Notes under the pieces: generated by a model
Database searches by the model: none
What the model was told of the DNA's origin: nothing
What the model saw: the letters and a program-made list of their open reading frames with translations, nothing else
Program-made: the position numbers and the translations under genes
From: Mobula hypostoma
Lineage: Eukaryota
Reading direction: 5' to 3'
Length of the DNA: 64,000 nt
Assembly (NCBI RefSeq): GCF_963921235.1
Contig: NC_086097.1
Coordinates: 180,050,001-180,114,000 of the forward strand
Shown: positions 63,402 through 64,000 of the stretch, piece after piece
How the letters are laid out: each line of letters opens with the position of its first letter
How positions within the stretch are numbered: the stretch's first letter is position 1

Positions 63402-64000
63402 TGTGATGGGATCCTGAATTACCCCTATGAACTGTGCTCGTTTACCCCCTATGAACTGTGCTTTTGAAAAGAGAGAAAGTTATTTAACACCAACAACTTG
63501 TTTGTAAAAGAGAGAGAAAGATGAAGACTAACTGTTGGACTGTCACTTTAAGGCACTGGAAGTAACTTCTGGATTCCTGCTGAGTTGGAGTTGGAGATGG
63601 CACCGAGCAGTTCGTAAGTTGCTATGGTGACCGGAGGCAGTGTTACTTAATGGACACTTGATGTTATGATTTTCTGCAGGTTTTTGCACTTCTCGAGGAC
63701 TTTTGCCTGCTTGCATTTCTTCACAGAGAGAGGAAGGAGCAGCTATTTGAATGACAGTTGATGCTCAGCACGAGAAGATAAAATTATGATAGACCTCAGA
63801 CACATGTTCTGGACGCTGAATGAGCATTGTTGTGCCCGCAGAAAAAGTGGGTTTTGGAGGATCAATCAGGTGGATCGATCCATCGCTCTTGCAGTGAAAA
63901 GAGGAAAGGGGTTGACTGGTGGGGAGTTGTCCATGTGTCCACCCTCGGCTGGGGGATAGCTCCACCACAGAAAACCGGTCCCCTTTGTTGAAGTCACAGT
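63402..64000 (+). mobile_element. Probable LTR (TG start) inserted in the CR1 tail, running off the window
   Basis: CR1 tail breaks at ggacatgtt|TGTGATGGG; unrelated sequence follows, with a ~20-bp duplication (ttacccctatgaactgtgct x2); right end not visible. Confidence 0.5.

Overview
Eukaryotic vertebrate genomic DNA. The repeat landscape (dense CR1 LINEs with (TTTCTATG)n tails, V-domain SINEs, Rex1/Babar- and Penelope-derived fragments) suggests a cartilaginous fish, probably a ray or skate; this is inference. One complete protein-coding gene can be rebuilt on the + strand: ANKRD29, with 10 coding exons (18023..54401), 298 aa, all GT-AG phase-0 introns, a CpG-island promoter at ~17.65-18.35 kb and a likely polyA signal at 54771. 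Most of the rest is transposable-element DNA. It includes a very young 5'-truncated CR1 with an unbroken RT frame, a near full-length decayed CR1, a decayed Tx1-clade LINE, a full-length 3.05-kb hAT fossil with TIRs and TSD, two solo LTRs with TSDs plus a third LTR running off the window, an L1-type 3' insertion with a 15-bp TSD, a young CA-tailed tRNA SINE and tiny MITEs. The least obvious signal is a dispersed short repeat family carrying a minimal type-I hammerhead ribozyme motif, of the kind known from Penelope-like elements, often arranged as inverted pairs. I see no convincing evidence for a wholly new gene system. TE family assignments come from motif recognition, not database searches.
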